Source: Anaeramoeba ignava BMAN
Lineage: Eukaryota > Protista > Anaeramoebae
Reading direction: 5' to 3'
Length of the DNA: 64,000 nucleotides
Assembly (NCBI GenBank): GCA_028826165.1
Contig: JAPDFW010000060.1
Span: 372,001-436,000, forward strand
The notes beneath the pieces are model-generated. The model ran no database searches and was not told the DNA's origin. It saw only the letters and a list, made by a program, of their open reading frames with translations. The position numbers and the translations under genes are program-made. This document shows positions 1 through 10,998 of this stretch, piece after piece (the first letter of the stretch is position 1; every line of letters starts with the position of its first letter).

Positions 1-495
1 AGAATCTCTTGAATTTGCTTTTCAAAGAAAGAAAAAATTCGGGAGAAATTGATCCAATTTTATTAAAAAATTTTTATTGATCGATTTGGGACAAAAAAAA
101 ATAAAAGCAAAAATTTTAAAACAATTAAAAAAAAAATTTAAAACAAAAATATAAAAAAAAATAAAGAGAAAATGTTAATTAAAATGTAAAATAATTTATT
201 TATATAATTTATAAAAAGATTTTATTGTCAAAAAAAAAAGAAATAAATTTGTTATTTTCAATATTTTCTCATTGGGGATTTAGTAAGAAAAAAGAAAATA
301 AACGTTTTATTTTCAGTTTTGTTGAAAATAAATTTTATTTTCCGAACTGAAAAAAAAGAGAAAATTTGGAAAAAAAAATTTTGTGAGCCAAAAAAGAATT
401 TGAAATAAAATTGAGAAGAAAATTTGAAAGGTTCCTCAAAAAAAAAATGAAAAAAGAGATTGAAAAAACCAAAGCCAATCCTTTTTCAAATAAAT

Positions 496-1806
496 TCAAT
501 CCTTGTCCTTTTCTTTTTCTTGCTTCTTCTCTGGAGAAATTGTTTTGTCATTCTCTTTTTGATTAATCTGTTTGGAGGAGTTCTTTCCGACTTCATTGTG
601 ATCAACTTGATCATTGCTTTTTTGATCAAGATCAACTTTAAAATGAACTGAAGGAGTTCCACCAAATTGATCTGGTTGAATATTCATTTCAGGCATTGGA
701 TTGGAAGGCCACATAAAAAAGTTGATCATAGAGTTTGTAAGGTGTTGAGGGGAAAAGGTAATTCCCCGACTTATATCTGAATCATGATGGGAATGTGGTT
801 TTGCATCAATCCTTCGACGCAAGATTGAATATACTTCAAACTCTACATCAAGGTTAGGTCTTTTATACGATAATAAGCTACCCAGATTTCTATGTCCACT
901 TTTCAGTTGAACGATTTGGGAATCCTCCACTCCTGCATCTGATAATTGCGAGATTGATCTCCCTCGAAGGCTATGAAGAACCACATTCTTGCTAATACCA
1001 AACTCTTTCATGACTGCCTGAAAATGTTTTAACAGAGTTCCATGGGTAATGGCTTGATTCCGCAAAAAGTGTTGACCTTTCTTGGCTTTATGGTTAATGG
1101 CCCTAAAGAACCGATTATCAGGAGCATCAGGTAAAATTGATCTTTCGCAATAATAATAATATATAAAGTTGTAGGGGTCCTTCATTTCTGATCCTCCTTG
1201 AAAAAGTTTGGCTCTTTTCGGTTCAAAGTTCGGATTGCTGAATTTTATTTGGTGGTTCTTTTCCTCAATACCAGTGTATTCAAGATATTTCTTTTCATCT
1301 GTTTCTTTCCACTCTAATTGCTTAAGTGTTAATCCTGTTAATTCACCTCCTCGTAAGCATAAATGTTTCCCTAGAAAAAAGAGAGCACCAACTGTAATAT
1401 GTACCGGATTGTCTGTGTCCAAGAGCGTTATCAACCTTGATTCTTCAGCATCATTCATTTGTTCGTGGTGTTTGACATATGATTTAGGGTTGCAACCAAT
1501 TTCTCTGGCTCGATTATCACATACATTCTTCAAGCTTTCAAACTCTGGCTTTTTGAGATCGATTTCTAAATTGTATTTTTTAGACACAAAACGAAAAAGC
1601 ATGGATACATGAGAATAAAATGATTTGAGCTTGTATTCTTGACCATTAAGTTTTCTCAATTGAATAATAAATCTTATCAGTGATTCAATTAAATTTTCCT
1701 TCGAAATCTTCAATTTTTCGTTTTCAATGAACTCGTTCCACTTCTTTTCTATGGAAGAGAGAGCTTTTTGAGTTCCTTTAGGAAGAATTTTAGTTGTTAA
1801 ATCCAT
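496..1806 (-). mobile_element. Tyrosine recombinase, Crypton-like DNA transposon ORF (first ATG at 1806, MDLTTK)
   Basis: Intronless, higher GC than flanks. YR catalytic signature R (LRGGEL), HxxR (HSLRGR), H/Y (SGHRNLGSLLSY). The EEKNHQ motif and DP-Y-Y segment resemble Crypton/DUF3504 recombinases. Confidence 0.8.
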
Positions 1807-1996
1807 TAAAAAAATGAAATGAAAATAAAAACTCTTTTGGTTTTGTTGAAAAAAAAAATTATTTGATCTTTTGATCAATTGATCTACTTTTTTGTTTTTT
1901 TTTTTTTTGTAAATTTTAATTAAAACAAAAATCCAAAAAAAGGATCAAATGATCAAGTTTCTTCTTTTTATTTCTTTTGTTTTTTGACAATAAAAT

Positions 1997-2147
1997 GGCT
2001 ATCTTCGAATAAATAATCAAAAATAAAATTTATTTTTTTTTCTCGAAAAATCATTTATCCACTCGACAAGTCTCGTTAGGATAAATAAGAAGATTTTTCT
2101 CGAATAAAAAAAAATAAATTTTATTTTCTCTTTATTCGAAAATAGCC
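1997..2147. repeat. Imperfect ~150 bp palindrome upstream of the recombinase
   Basis: Left arm ggctatcttcgaataaa...taaaatttattttttttt.tcgaaaaatc pairs with right arm gatttttctcgaataaaaaaaataaattttatt...tttattcgaaaatagcc. Inner arms are atttatcc/ggataaat. Confidence 0.75.
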
Positions 2148-2839
2148 CTACTTTATTATCTAAATTAATTCAAAAATGATTTAAAAATAAATAAAAATTT
2201 AATTCAAAAAAAAAATAAATTTTAATTAATTCTATTTGATTTTTCTTTTCATTTAATTGTGCAAGAATATTCAAACTTTTCAAGATGATTTTGAAAACAT
2301 CTGGAAAAAAAATAAAAAAAAGAAATTTTCGAAAGAATCATATCCAAAACAAAATCTTATCAAACAAATCAGAGAAAAATTAAATGAATTAGTATCAAAT
2401 TGGATCAAAATTATATATTAACAGATAATTGTAATTTCATGATAGGAAATGGAAATGTTGGGTTATATTAATCATTTCCTGTATCATATTGGTTTCAAGG
2501 AATCCGCTTTTCAAAAGTTTTTTACAAAAAGAATAACAAAAAAAATAATAAATTTTAATTTAAATAACTTGATAAATATTAGTATCAAAAACATGATAAT
2601 AGATCCCGATCAGTTGTTTTCTCTTTGGATGAACTTTTTAAATCAAAATGGAGATCATCAAAAATGTGAAATAATATTTAGTGACTCTAAATGTTCTCAA
2701 GAAAATTACCAGCCTCAGAATTCACCAATAGATACGGTAAAACTTCACCAAAAGTTGGGTACCTTTATGCGGAAAGCTCTTTCACTTCAAGAAAGAGATT
2801 TTTTATATATATAAACAAGGAGACGAAACAAAAATAGCA

Positions 2840-3335
2840 AACTACAGACAAATATCAATAAACCAAGCACTTCCAAGAATATTTCTAAAAACAATTTACA
2901 AAAACCTTGAAAAAACCTGGGATAACATCGACAAGAAACAGTTTGGGTTCAGAAAGTACTATGACACAAGGATAGCGACCATAGAATTACAAAAAGAACT
3001 AAAGAAACACAATAGCGCATACATTATACAACTAGACATTAAGAAGTGCTTTGATACCATCGACCATACTCTAATAAAAACAGTGATAGATAAATACGCC
3101 CAACATATACAAACAAAAAAATTCTTAATTAAATATTATAATAATAATGATAATAATGATAATAACTACGAAGAAATACAAGAAGAAAAAAAAGAAAAGA
3201 AAGAAAAACCAAGCAAAACTGATAAAATACTCATAAAAGCAAATGAAAATGAAAAATATTATCAAAATCTAATAAAATTCTTAATAAAAATTTTTAAAAA
3301 AAGAAACAAGGACTAAGAATCCCCTTCAATAAAAA
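2840..3335 (+). pseudogene. Decayed non-LTR (LINE-like) reverse transcriptase fragment
   Basis: Translation DKKQFGFRKYYDTRIATIELQKELKKHNSAYIIQLDIKKCFDTIDHTLI contains RT motifs QxGFR and LDIxKxFD. Truncated before YADD. Confidence 0.8.
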
Positions 3336-3594
3336 TAAAAAAAAAAAAAGAAAGAACTTTTTTATTTTTCTCCTTGAAAAAAACATGGTTGGGAATGTGT
3401 TCATTCACAGCTCAACCAAACTAAGAATCGGCCTGATTTATACCATTCTAAAAGAACACAAACCAATAACAATTTTTTTTTCGAAAAGTGTTATAAAAAA
3501 AATAAGTTTTGTGATTTTCAAATTCCAAAAAATTTATTGGAAAAAGAAAAATGAAAAATGAAAAAAAAAAATGAAAAAATTTTTTTTTTTGAAA

Positions 3595-5945
3595 TTATTT
3601 AAAATTGGATTTAATTTGAAGTTCAGCTAAATTTGTAATTTGATCCTTAATTTTATTCATCCAATCATTTTTCTGTTCTTCATTTTCAAAATAAATTGTA
3701 TAACCCTTTTTAGAACCAGAAGGAATTAATTGAAGAGAATGTTCTAAATATTTTAAATAAAAAAAATTGGAATTAAATAAATTTTGGAAGGAATTTTTAA
3801 ATGAATTTTTACCTTGACTTGATAAATCTCTTATAAAAGCTCCAGCAAGAGACAAATGACCCTCATATTGATACTTTTTCTTTTTAAATCGGCCAGAAGG
3901 ATTAGCATAAACAATAAGATCATTAAAAAGCCAAAATTTTCTTTCTTCAATTTTTTTGGAAGTTTTTTTTTTCAAAACAGCATCTTGAATAAAAACACGA
4001 CTTGGATGAACAAGACTAAAAGATTTTGGGGTTCCAGAAAGAGTTGAATCAATCTCAAAAAGGATAGTTCGTTGTTCGGCTAATCTTTGTTGTGCTGTGA
4101 TATAAGAAGCAACTTCACCAAGAGATTTATAAACTTGCTCTAAATCTTTATAATCAGGATATTTTTGACTTGTAATTTCTAATAATTCTTTGAATAAAAG
4201 CAGATATTTGTCAATCCGTTGGACTGGTTTTATCAAAAAATCCAGAATACCAAGTCCTTTGCATTCTGGAATAGTTTCCTTTTGGTTTTCAATAAATTTC
4301 TCAAAAACTTTCTTTTTGTAATATTCAGTCACTTTATCGATTGATTCTGTGAGATCCATGGAATAATTATTGTAAACTTTCAGAAAATTCATAAACGGCA
4401 AAAAAATCTTCCCCACATTCAATTTCGCAGCTTCCTTGTCGCCAAGATATTCGCGTTTAAATGCTTGCAATATTTGTTGATTAACTGAAGATATTGTCTC
4501 GATATTAGAAAATATTTTGCGAATATCAGTTTCATTCATAAATTTTTTTTGTTTGAGAGGTTTCATAAAATGTTCAATAATAACCTGTAAATCCTTATTA
4601 TATTCCTCCTCCGATTTAACCAATTCAATGATAATCTTTGCTCTTTTTTCCATCGAATTCTTTTCTTCTTCTTTCAACTTGCTGTTTTCCATCGAAATTT
4701 TCTTTGAAGACGTTTTGTGAGTTTTTGTTTTCTTTTATGAAAAAATTTATTGAAAATATTTGATCCAAAATTTAATATTTTTTTTTTGAATTTTATACTT
4801 CATTTCGATCAGGAGTTTTACTTTGTGATTTGTCTTTCAAATTGTTAGAAATTTTGTTTTTTTCATCTTTTTCTGGACTTTCTTCTATTTTTGTTTATAA
4901 ATTGGAAGAGTTTGAATAAATTGATTTTTTCAAAAAAGAAAAATTTACTTGGAAATTTCATCCAATTCAAGCATTCATGAAATTCTTTTAATGTTCCTCT
5001 TTCTTTCGGATTTAAACTCCATGACTTATTGATTAGTTCAGATAATTCTTTTGGGAAATTATTTGGAAATTCAGGCCTTGCCCCATTTACAACATGAAGA
5101 GTAATCATTAAGGGATTCAAATTTCCAAAAGGTTTTTGTTTGGAGAAAATTTCATATAAAATCATTGATAAACTGAAAATATCACAAGAAGTATCGTAAA
5201 TATTTTCTTTTGTAAAAAGTTCTGGAGCTGAATAACCAAATGAAACTGTAGCTGAAGTTACTTTCAGTGTATTTTCTCTCACTTTTGAAATTCCAAAATC
5301 AGCAATTTTAGGTTGATTATTGATTATCAAAATATTTTCAGGTTTCAAATCACGATGAATAATTGAATTTGAATGAAGAATTTTTATTCCTTCAATAATT
5401 TGTAAAGAATAATCAATTTGTTCTTCAGAAGTTAAATTTGGAATCTTATTAGTTAAATCTCCTTGATTGGCAAATTCCATTACAATTGCAATCATTTTAT
5501 CCATTTCAGTTTTTCCAAACATTTTAATAATTGAAGGATGCTCGAATTTCATTGCTAATTTAAGTTCATTTTCGAATTGTTGATTTGCTTTTTCATCATT
5601 CAAGACATTGATTCTTTTAATAACAACATCTTTTCCTTTCCATTTTCCTTTATAAATCTGGGCTGTTCCTCCTACTGCAAATGGTTTTTGTTCCACTTCT
5701 AATTCTGATAATGGAATAAATGGAACTTTTTGTTCTTTTGATTCAATCTTAATTTTTTCAACAATTTGTAATAAAGAACGATTTAAAATTGGTTTGAATC
5801 CTTCAAATGAACTTCTGCAAAAAATACAATGTTCAACCGTTTTCACACATAATTCACAAATTGAATGACCTTCTTGGCAAATAATCATTGGTTTTCTTTC
5901 TTGTGAATAGTTTTCAAAACACATTGGACAAATTGCCGGATCCAT
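3595..5945 (-). CDS. RING finger - protein kinase (TKL-like) - RhoGEF (DH-PH) fusion protein
   Basis: Exon 1 5945-4949 has a RING (CPMC..C.EGHSIC..C..C..C) and kinase motifs ([14 protein letters not shown]). Phase-1 intron 4948-4885, exon 4884-4799, phase-0 intron 4798-4732. The next exon from 4731 reads KTKTHKTSSKKIS-MENSK, in frame with the DH (ELVKSEEEY, LIKPVQRI) and PH ORF. A further 69-nt intron lies at 3812-3744. Confidence 0.78.
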
Positions 5946-6019
5946 TTTAATAACAAAAAAAAAAAATGAAAAACTTTTAAACACAAGAAAAAGAGGGAAT
6001 GAAAATTGAAAAAAAAATT

Positions 6020-8390
6020 TTTTTGCAATAAAATTAATCAAGAAATGATTTAAAAACTTTTTTATTATTAATATTAAATTAAAATTATTAAAAATAATGA
6101 AATAAAATTGAAACAAAAATGAGATAAAAATTTAATTTAATTTTTAATAATAATTAATTTATTATTTTGCAATAAAATTAATTAAGAAATGATTTAAAAA
6201 CTTTTTTATTATTAATATTAAATTATTATTATTAAAAATAATGAAATAAATTTGAAACAAAAATTGGATAAAAATTTAATTTAATTTTTAATAATAATTA
6301 ATTTATTATTTTGCAATAAAATTAATTAAAAATAATTTAAAAAGAATTTATTATTAATATTAAATTATTATTATTAAAAATAATGAAATAAATTAATTAA
6401 AATATTTTATTTAATGTTTTTACTTAATTTTTAATTATAATTAATTTATTATTTTGTAATAAAATTAATTAAGAAATAATTTTAAAACTTTTTATTATTA
6501 ATATTAAATTATTATTATTAAAAATAAAGAAATAAATTAATTAAAATATTTTATTTATTAATTTACTTAATTTTTAATAATATTAATTTAATATTTTGTA
6601 ATAAAATTAATTAAGAAATAATTTTAAAACTTTTTTATTATTAATATTAAATTATTATTATTAAAAATAAAGAAATAAATTTGAAACAAAAACGAGATAA
6701 AAATTTTATTTAATTTTTAATAATTAATTTATTATTTTGTAATAAAATTAATTAAGAAATGGTTTTAAAACTTTTTATTATTAATATTAAATTATTATTA
6801 TTAAAAATAATGAAATAAAATTGAAACAAAAATTGAATAAAAATTTAATTTAATTTTTAATAATAATTAATTTATTATTTTGCAATAAAATTAATTAAAA
6901 ATAATTTAAAAAGATCTAGTTATTGAATTAAATTATTATTATTAAAAATAAAGAAATAAATTAATTAAAATATTTTGTTTATTATTTTATTTAATTTTTA
7001 ATAATAATTAATTTATTATTTTGCAATAAAATTAATTAAGAAATGGTTTTAAAAACTTTTTATTATTAATATTAAATTAAAATTATTAAAAATAAAGAAA
7101 TAAATTTGAAACAAAAATTAGATAAAATTTTATTTAATTTTTAATAATAATTAATTTATTATTTTGCAATAAAATTAATTAAGAAATAATTTAAAAACTT
7201 TTTTTATTATTAATATTAAATTATTATTATTAAAAATAATGAAATAAATTAATTAAAATATTTTATTTAATGTTTTTACTTAATTTTTAATTATAATTAA
7301 TTTATTATTTTGTAATAAAATTAATTAAGAAATAATTTTAAAACTTTTTATTATTAATATTAAATTATTATTATTATTAAAAAAATAAAAAAAAATAAAT
7401 TAATTTAAAATATTTTATTTATTAATTTACTTAATTTTTAATAATATTAATTTAATATTTTGTAATAAAATTAATTAAGAAATAATTTTAAAACTTTTTA
7501 TTATTAATATTAAATTATTATTATTAAAAATATGAAATAAATTTGAAACAAAAATTGGATAAAATTTTACTTAATTTTTAATTACAATTTATTTATTATT
7601 TTGTAATAAAATTAATTAAGAAATAATTTTAAAAAGAATTTATTATTAATATTAAATTATTATTATTAAAAATAATGAAATAAATTTGAAACAAAAATTG
7701 AATAAAATTTTACTTAATTTTTTAATAATAATTAATTTAATATTTTGCAATAAAATTAATTAAGAAATAATTTAAAAAGAATTTATTATTAATATTAAAT
7801 TATTATGATTAAAAATAATGAAATAAAATTAATTAAAATATTTTATTTATTATTTTATTTAATTTTTAATTATAATTCATTTATTATTTTGCAATAAAAT
7901 TAAATAAAAATAATTTTAAAAAGAATTTATTATTAATATTAAATTTTATTATTAAAAATAATGAAATAAATTTGAAACAAAAATTGAATAAAATTTCACT
8001 TAATTTTTTAATAATAATTAATTTAATATTTTGCAATAAAATTAATTAAAAAATAATTTTAAAAAAGAATTTTATTATTAATATTAAATTATTATTATTA
8101 AAAATAATGAAATAAATTAATTAAAATATTTTATTTATTAATTTACTTAATTTTTAATAATATTAATTTATTATTTTGTAATAAAATTAATTAAGAAATA
8201 ATTTTAAAACTTTTTTATTATTAATATTAAATTATTATTATTAAAAATAAAGAAATAAATTAATTAAAATATTTTATTTATTATTTAATTTAATTTTTAA
8301 TTATAATTCATTTATTATTTTGCAATATAATTAATTAAAAAATAATTTTAAAAAAGATCTAGTTATTGAATTAAATTATTATTAATTTTT
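6020..8390. repeat. AT-rich tandem satellite, ~143 bp unit (family A)
   Basis: The motif ttttg(c/t)aataaaattaattaa recurs at ~6025, 6168, 6312, 6455, 6598 and onward. Confidence 0.9.
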
Positions 8391-8503
8391 ATTTGAATAA
8401 AAAAAAAGAGGAAAAATAAGAAAGAAAAATTTTAATTAAAAAAAACAAAAAACAAAATTTGATCAAAGTTTTTTTTCATTTTTTTTTCATTTTTTAAAAA
8501 AAG

Positions 8504-10783
8504 ATGATCAAATTATTTGCAATTATTTTGATTATTTTTCTTTTAACAAAACAAATTTCCAATAATTATGAGTTAAAAAAAGTTGGAAATCAATGGAATC
8601 GAAAACAAATTACTTATCCAAATAATCCAACCAATAATATTGCATTTGGAGTAAGTATTTCAATTTCCAATTATGTTATGGCAATAGGATCTCCAGGTAA
8701 TAATGGAAATTCTCTTCCTGGAAGAGCTTATGTATTTGAGAAACAAAATTATAATTTGATTCAAGCAGCTCAACTTCCTAATAATAATAATAATCAAAAT
8801 GGTGATTTATTTGGATTCAGTATTTCAATTTCTCAAGATTCTTCTGTTATTCTTGTTGGTGTTCCTTATGCAAATGTTTCTGGAAATGATAGTCAAGGCA
8901 AAGTTTATGTATTTACAAAAAGTGGAAATGAATGGATTCAAACAAAAGAATTAACTGCAAGTGATGGACAAACTGGAGATAATTTTGGATATAGTGTTTC
9001 TATTTCGGAAAGAGTTATTCTGATTAGTTCTCCTTTTGCATCAGTGAATGGAAATTCAGAACAAGGAAAAGTATATGTTTGGGAAGGAAATGATAATGGA
9101 ACAATTTGGCAACAAAAACCTACTTTAACAGCAACAAATGGACAAGCAAATGATCAATTTGGAAAAAGTTTATCAATTTCAAAAAATTCTTCTCTTATTG
9201 TAATTAAATCTCAACAATCTAGTTCTCAACAAGTAACAGCTCATATTTTTCAATCAAATGGAACATATTGGAATGAAGAAGAGAATTTTACTGTAAATGG
9301 AACTCAAGAGTATGATTACGGAGGTCAAATTTCAATTTCTGAAGATGCAACAACTTTTGTTATGGGTGTTACTGGAGATGATTATAATCAAGGGAAAGCA
9401 TATGTTTTTCATTATAATGGCTCTAATTGGAATAATCAAACTATCATTCCAAATAATCCATCAGGTAAATGTTGTTTTGGATTCAGTGTTTCAATTTCTC
9501 AAAATAATCTACTTGTTGGAACTTTTGTACAAAACACCGCATATTTGTTTCAAAATAATGGAAGTGGATGGAATCAAGAAAGACAATTGTTTCCACACAA
9601 TCCAGTTAATGCTGGAGAGTTTGGTCAAGCATTGTCAATTTCAGAAGATATTTTTGCAATTAGTTCTCCTTATTTGGCTTATGATGGATTTGATAATGTG
9701 GGAGGTGTTTACATTTATGAATTTGTTTATGATCAAGTTAATCTTTTGAATTGTAGTTCTTTATTTTCTTCATTTGATTGTTATTGGAATGAAATTCTTC
9801 CAATAACTTCTGATATTGAATATCAAATCAATTATAATTATAATAATAATGAACAATGGGAAACAATTCAATCTCCAATTCTTATTGATAATATTTTCTT
9901 TCAAATTTTCAATTCATCAATTTATCCTAATATTACAGGAAATGTTGATTATACAATTCAAATAAGAGTTTGTAATTCCACATCTCAAATTTGTGGAGAA
10001 AGTTCAGATCCTTTTTTTTTAACAACAAGAATTGATTCAGTTAAGAATTTTACATTAGAATCAATAAAAGCAACATCAGTGATGATTTCATGGAATTCAC
10101 CTAATGTTCCTGTAATCAATTCTATTCCAAAATTAGATCATTATCTTCTTTTTTATCAAAAACAAGATTCAAATGAAACTAAGAATGTTTCAATTTCTAA
10201 TTCATCAACTTCATATGAATTAACTGAATTAGATTCATTATCAAATTATTCAATTTCAATATGTGGATGTGAAACTTATGAATGTTTAGGAAATTATCAA
10301 GGAGAAATTGTTTCAACAACAATTTTGACCAAATTTGGACCTGTTTTAAATCTTCAATGTTCAATTTCCAATTCATTTGATATTTCATGCTATTGGGATA
10401 AACCAAATGATTCAATTAATCCTTCTTATTATAATTTTACTTATCAAGCAATTTCAGAAAATGATAATGGAAATTTTGATACAAATTCAACTTCTCAAAA
10501 TTTTACAGCACAATATTCAAATCAAAATTATCAAATTAATGTTTCAGCTTGTGATTTAAATGAAATATGTGGTGATATTTCTTCAATTCAAATTGGAAAT
10601 CAACAAACCTCTTCACAATCATCAAATTCAAAAACAGTTATAATTGTTTGTTCAACAATTATTCCAGTTGTTTTTATTGTTGGAATTATTTTGATGATTG
10701 TTTTGATAAGGAAAAAAAAGAAAAAAAAGAATAGAGAAGAAGAAAATTTAATCAGTCATTCAGTTTCGAAAGATGATCAGTGA
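8504..10783 (+). CDS. Type I membrane protein: signal peptide, FG-GAP beta-propeller repeats, fibronectin type III domains, TM helix, short cytoplasmic tail
   Basis: Repeated FGxSVSIS...G.VYVF motifs, FN3 Trp/Tyr pattern (ISWNSP...YELTELDSLSNYSISI), hydrophobic TM followed by RKKKKKK. Intronless. Confidence 0.85.
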   Translation: MIKLFAIILIIFLLTKQISNNYELKKVGNQWNRKQITYPNNPTNNIAFGVSISISNYVMAIGSPGNNGNSLPGRAYVFEKQNYNLIQAAQLPNNNNNQNGDLFGFSISISQDSSVILVGVPYANVSGNDSQGKVYVFTKSGNEWIQTKELTASDGQTGDNFGYSVSISERVILISSPFASVNGNSEQGKVYVWEGNDNGTIWQQKPTLTATNGQANDQFGKSLSISKNSSLIVIKSQQSSSQQVTAHIFQSNGTYWNEEENFTVNGTQEYDYGGQISISEDATTFVMGVTGDDYNQGKAYVFHYNGSNWNNQTIIPNNPSGKCCFGFSVSISQNNLLVGTFVQNTAYLFQNNGSGWNQERQLFPHNPVNAGEFGQALSISEDIFAISSPYLAYDGFDNVGGVYIYEFVYDQVNLLNCSSLFSSFDCYWNEILPITSDIEYQINYNYNNNEQWETIQSPILIDNIFFQIFNSSIYPNITGNVDYTIQIRVCNSTSQICGESSDPFFLTTRIDSVKNFTLESIKATSVMISWNSPNVPVINSIPKLDHYLLFYQKQDSNETKNVSISNSSTSYELTELDSLSNYSISICGCETYECLGNYQGEIVSTTILTKFGPVLNLQCSISNSFDISCYWDKPNDSINPSYYNFTYQAISENDNGNFDTNSTSQNFTAQYSNQNYQINVSACDLNEICGDISSIQIGNQQTSSQSSNSKTVIIVCSTIIPVVFIVGIILMIVLIRKKKKKKNREEENLISHSVSKDDQ

Positions 10784-10998
10784 AGTATTTAGGAAATTAA
10801 AATTTAGCTCTTTTTTTTTTCAAAATTTCATTTCTTCTTTTTAATTCTTCTCAATTCTTCTCAATAAAATTAACTAAAAAATAATTTTAAAATCAAATTT
10901 TTTTTCCGATTATTTTTTTCCGATTATTTTTTTTTCCGATTATTTTTTTCCTTTTTTAATTTTTAGAAGAATTCATTTTTTTTCCTGTGTTTTTTTAA

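Noticed and set aside
1208-1612. 134-aa plus-strand ORF
   Set aside because: Antisense shadow of the tyrosine recombinase, with a non-ATG start and no domain.
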